Origin: a virus | Lineage: Duplodnaviria > Caudoviricetes | Length of the DNA: 27,650 bases | IMG/VR virus record: IMGVR_UViG_3300036797_000125 | Coordinates: 1-27,650 of that record | Direction: 5' to 3' (one strand) | In this document: piece after piece, positions 24,631 to 27,650 of the stretch | Layout of the letters: each line of letters opens with the position of its first letter | Numbering within the stretch: the stretch's first letter is position 1 | Made by a program: the position numbers and the translations under genes | Notes under the pieces: generated by a model | What the model saw: only the letters and a program-made list of their open reading frames with translations | Database searches by the model: none | Told to the model about the DNA's origin: nothing

Positions 24631-25437
24631 ATGAATCTTAAATTACTAGCGCATACGCAATTAAGCGAAGAGTTCTATGACAGTTTTGACGTTTACAACG
24701 AATTTATTGAAATAAAAGGTAACGAGTTAGATAGGTTGGGAGCAACTGATGGACAAGCCGTGGCGCTATCCGCAGTTCGCACGTGCTACTCCGCAAACAA
24801 GCCGTCAGAGATTGTCGCTAAAGAAGGCGGTAAATACTTCGGCAACAAAGCAACGGACGGAGGAAAAGGTACGGAAGCTGATCGCTTAATGCGTCATATT
24901 GTAGCGAGCAAACACGTTTCTACCCTGGAGCATATAACATTTACTTTTGCTATCGAAGGTGTAAGTCGTGCTTTACTAGCGCAACTCACTCGTCATCGAG
25001 TCGGATTCAGCTTTTCGGTGCAGTCGCAGAGATATGTACGATTTGGTAGCGATGATAAGTCAGGTGGATTTGATTACGTTACTCCGAAAAGTATTGAAGA
25101 AAACGAAAAGATATTCGATATGACACTACTTGATGATACGAAAGCAAAACGTAAACCTCAATTTTTCTACGAAGATGCAATGCAAGTCGCGCAATATTGC
25201 TACGATACTCTTCGTGAAATGGGTATTCCCGCAGAAGACGCTCGTATGGTTCTTCCGCAAGCAGCAACTACGAATCTAGTCATGACGGTGAATTTACGTA
25301 GCTTACTAGATTTCTACGCTAAACGTAGGAAGGGAAATGGGGCGCAGGCGGAGATTGCAGAGTTAGCGGAGAATCTACGAAAAGAAGTCGTTAAGGTTGA
25401 ACCGTGGGTTGATGAATTTTTTGAAGGAGGGCGTTAA
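24631..25437 (+). CDS. thyX: Flavin-dependent thymidylate synthase
   Basis: RHRVGFSFSVQSQRY, HVSTLEH, EDARMVLP, NLRSLLDF, AQAEI. Confidence 0.95.
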   Translation: MNLKLLAHTQLSEEFYDSFDVYNEFIEIKGNELDRLGATDGQAVALSAVRTCYSANKPSEIVAKEGGKYFGNKATDGGKGTEADRLMRHIVASKHVSTLEHITFTFAIEGVSRALLAQLTRHRVGFSFSVQSQRYVRFGSDDKSGGFDYVTPKSIEENEKIFDMTLLDDTKAKRKPQFFYEDAMQVAQYCYDTLREMGIPAEDARMVLPQAATTNLVMTVNLRSLLDFYAKRRKGNGAQAEIAELAENLRKEVVKVEPWVDEFFEGGR

Positions 25438-25438
25438 T

Positions 25439-26035
25439 ATGGCAGACGTAACTAAAATCGAAAGTAAAGATGGAAATATCTACGAGGTTGACGGAAAGAA
25501 ATATCGTGAGTTAACGAAAGAACCGGTGGTTGGGGATATGGTGTTAATTGTTAAACCGCAACAAAGTATCAATTATGGGGAAGGAGATGTTCTTATACTA
25601 ACGGACGTTAACGTGGAGATGGGTGATTATGGTTTTGTTGACAAAGTTGGTGATGAAAACGGATTGTATCGAAATGAATTCGTAATCGTAGAACCAATCG
25701 AAGAGATAATCGAGCAAGCTGTCGGTCGGGAGTTCGATTCTCTATCTCGAAAAATCAATCGCCTAGCAGAACGTACAGAAGAAAACCACCGTAATATCAT
25801 AACGTTCTCACAAATGGCTGAATCCGCTAGAAGCGACTCTTCGAAAGCAATCGGTGGTGTAAACGCACTAGACGAACAGTTAGAGCTAGTACGAGAAGAT
25901 ATCGTATTCCTTGACGAAAAAGTATCAGCGCTAGAAGAAGCAAAACCATCGCAGAACATTACGATAAATATTAACGTTTTAGATATTGAATCCGCTAAAG
26001 CAATCGTTGAAACTATAACGAAAGGGCGTGGGTGA
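25439..26035 (+). CDS. Hypothetical protein with beta N-terminal domain and coiled coil
   Basis: GGAGGG RBS before ATG 25439. Confidence 0.75.
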   Translation: MADVTKIESKDGNIYEVDGKKYRELTKEPVVGDMVLIVKPQQSINYGEGDVLILTDVNVEMGDYGFVDKVGDENGLYRNEFVIVEPIEEIIEQAVGREFDSLSRKINRLAERTEENHRNIITFSQMAESARSDSSKAIGGVNALDEQLELVREDIVFLDEKVSALEEAKPSQNITININVLDIESAKAIVETITKGRG

Positions 26036-26759
26036 TTTGAAGAAGATTCCTCTACGAGGTAAGAACGGAAGGGGGAATTTCGCTCTTGTGTCGGACGATG
26101 ACTACAACGAAATATCACAGTATAAATGGTATGTTACACAGGGTGGTTACGCATGGCGAGATTGGAATGAAAATGGAAAGAAAAAGAGTATCGGTATGCA
26201 TCGTCAGATAATGAAACCTCCAAAAGATTTGGTAGTAGATCATATCAACGGAGACAAACTGGACAATAGAAAAGAAAACTTAAGAGTATGTACTCAACGA
26301 GAAAACTCTCTAAACAAAATCATCGGAAAAGATAATACAAGTGGTTATAAAGGCGTGAGTTATGCCAAGCGAGATAACAAATGGCAAGTCCATATTAAAA
26401 AGGACGGTAAATCGTATTATTGTGGCGCGTTTGATGGTGTTGAAGAAGCCGCACGTGCCTATGATTATTATGCTGACAAACATTATGGAGAATTTGCACG
26501 GCTTAATTTCCCTAGTGAAGTACCAATGGAGCCACGTAGACCTATAGTGAAGCGGAATAATAAGTCTGGGTATAGAGGAGTAACTTGGGATGGGAGACGT
26601 AATTCATGGAGAGCAACCATTGTTAGAAATTATAAACAGAAATATCTTGGTAATTTTGAGTCAGTAATAGATGCGGCTGAGGCATATAACAAGGCAGCGA
26701 TAGAGTTGTTTGGCGAAAAGGCAAAGCTAAATTTAATTAAGAAGGAGATGTCTGTATGA
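26028..26759 (+). CDS. HNH homing endonuclease with two AP2 domains
   Basis: MHRQIM...VDHINGDKLDNRKENLR; SGYKGV...AARAYD; SGYRGV...AAEAYN. Confidence 0.9.
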   Translation: MGDLKKIPLRGKNGRGNFALVSDDDYNEISQYKWYVTQGGYAWRDWNENGKKKSIGMHRQIMKPPKDLVVDHINGDKLDNRKENLRVCTQRENSLNKIIGKDNTSGYKGVSYAKRDNKWQVHIKKDGKSYYCGAFDGVEEAARAYDYYADKHYGEFARLNFPSEVPMEPRRPIVKRNNKSGYRGVTWDGRRNSWRATIVRNYKQKYLGNFESVIDAAEAYNKAAIELFGEKAKLNLIKKEMSV

Positions 26760-27370
26760 CAAAGTTAGCACTTACAGGAAAAGCACGTTCAGGGAAATCC
26801 GAACTTGCTTGGTATGCGCATTTCATATACGGATTTAAAGAATTCGACTTCTCAGCGGTATTGAAGGGCGAGTTCCATCGACTGTTTCCACATATCCCAC
26901 GCGACCCGAAACCCCGCGCTTATTATCAAAAGTTCGGACAGTGGTTACGTGAGATTGATCCGGATATTTGGGTGAAGATGACGATGGGAAAAGTACACGA
27001 ATATTGCTTCGAGGATTCGTTAAATAAAGTGAACCATAAGCCGAAAGTGTTAGTAAACGGAGTGAGACAACCTGATGAGTATCAACGCCTTAAGGACGAA
27101 GGTTTTACGATTATCCGAGTAAACGCATCGGATGACTTACGTATTGGGAGGGCGCACAACGCAGGTGATGTATTTACCGAAGTTGATTTTGAGCATGAAA
27201 CGGAAAGTCATATCGATACTTTCGAAGTAGATTACGAGATTAATAACGTTAGTAGTATAGGCGAGATGTACGATCAGTTCGATGAGGTTATGCTTGAATT
27301 AGGTGTGAAGTCGGTTAACAGTCGTGATATTAGAGCGGATGCTTTTAATGATTTGAAAGTGATTTTGTAA
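26756..27370 (+). CDS. Deoxynucleoside monophosphate kinase-like P-loop protein
   Basis: LTGKARSGKS, RAYYQKFGQWLREIDPDIWV, GVRQPDE, HETE. Confidence 0.8.
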   Translation: MTKLALTGKARSGKSELAWYAHFIYGFKEFDFSAVLKGEFHRLFPHIPRDPKPRAYYQKFGQWLREIDPDIWVKMTMGKVHEYCFEDSLNKVNHKPKVLVNGVRQPDEYQRLKDEGFTIIRVNASDDLRIGRAHNAGDVFTEVDFEHETESHIDTFEVDYEINNVSSIGEMYDQFDEVMLELGVKSVNSRDIRADAFNDLKVIL

Positions 27371-27407
27371 TAGAATTTGAATTTTGTACAGAAACGGGAT
27401 GAAAGAG

Positions 27408-27650
27408 ATGTCCAAATATGAAAAACCAAAATGTGATTGTGGAGAAGGATTGGTGTATTGGACACAGCCAGTACAGACCTTAGTATACAAGATTAATAAG
27501 AATGGTCTGAAAGCAAAAAATCCTTTTAGAAACGGAATCTTGATTGAAGGGTGTGTAGACCGACTCGTATGTGATAAGTGCGAATCAGAATACGATATTG
27601 AATTTGATGAAAAAAGTCGAGTAATTAGAGGCGGGGTTTACTCTTACTAA
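27408..27650 (+). CDS. Small zinc-ribbon hypothetical protein
   Basis: CDCG...CDKC; preceded by a junction-type palindrome at 27371; start could be 27399. Confidence 0.65.
   Translation: MSKYEKPKCDCGEGLVYWTQPVQTLVYKINKNGLKAKNPFRNGILIEGCVDRLVCDKCESEYDIEFDEKSRVIRGGVYSY

Larger units (their letters stand above)
1..27650. mobile_element. Temperate phage/prophage early region (integration, replication, lysis-lysogeny control, nucleotide metabolism), probably B. cereus group
   Basis: Integrase, phage replication genes, arbitrium module and dense co-oriented small ORFs; no host housekeeping operon. Att sites and structural genes are not seen in the window. Confidence 0.93.

Noticed and set aside
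26028-26759. Group I intron around the HNH-AP2 gene
   Set aside because: The gene overlaps intact neighbours at both ends, leaving no room for intron structure; it is free-standing.
9427-27490. Antisense or alternate-frame ORFs inside major genes (e.g. 9427, 13699, 16587, 17906, 19844, 21038, 25627)
   Set aside because: Shadow ORFs of well-supported coding sequences.
1-27650. tRNA, rRNA, att site or LexA box
   Set aside because: None recognisable by eye; the att site would probably lie left of position 1.

Overview
Early/replication half of a temperate phage or prophage, most likely from a Bacillus cereus-group host (inferred from gene families and Firmicute-type RBS and promoter signals). 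Gene order: tyrosine integrase (-), HTH/HNH and replication-initiation genes, DnaC-like loader, a ~3.4 kb accessory region, DnaB-like helicase, primase, two XRE regulators (-), an arbitrium module (aimR plus an uncalled 42-aa aimP ending ETKPGG), a sigma-like factor, SSB, PolA, a Cas4-like exonuclease with no canonical start codon, RuvC, dUTPase, ThyX, an HNH-AP2 endonuclease and a dNMP kinase. Three unannotated signals stand out. (1) About ten reverse-strand non-coding units at 5.3-8.6 kb, each a sporulation-type promoter (SigG, SigK or SigE-like, or Spo0A box plus -10), a short variable segment often complementary to a Shine-Dalgarno/start region, and an intrinsic terminator. (2) About 13 copies of a 16-bp imperfect palindrome (CAAAAT-N4-ATTTTR) at the junctions between these units and small genes, like a cassette array. 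(3) A fixed-spacing motif TGCGCG-N14-TGCGTCATA upstream of the replication operon, upstream of the sigma gene and inside aimR ahead of aimP. Functional calls come from manual motif recognition; no database search was run.
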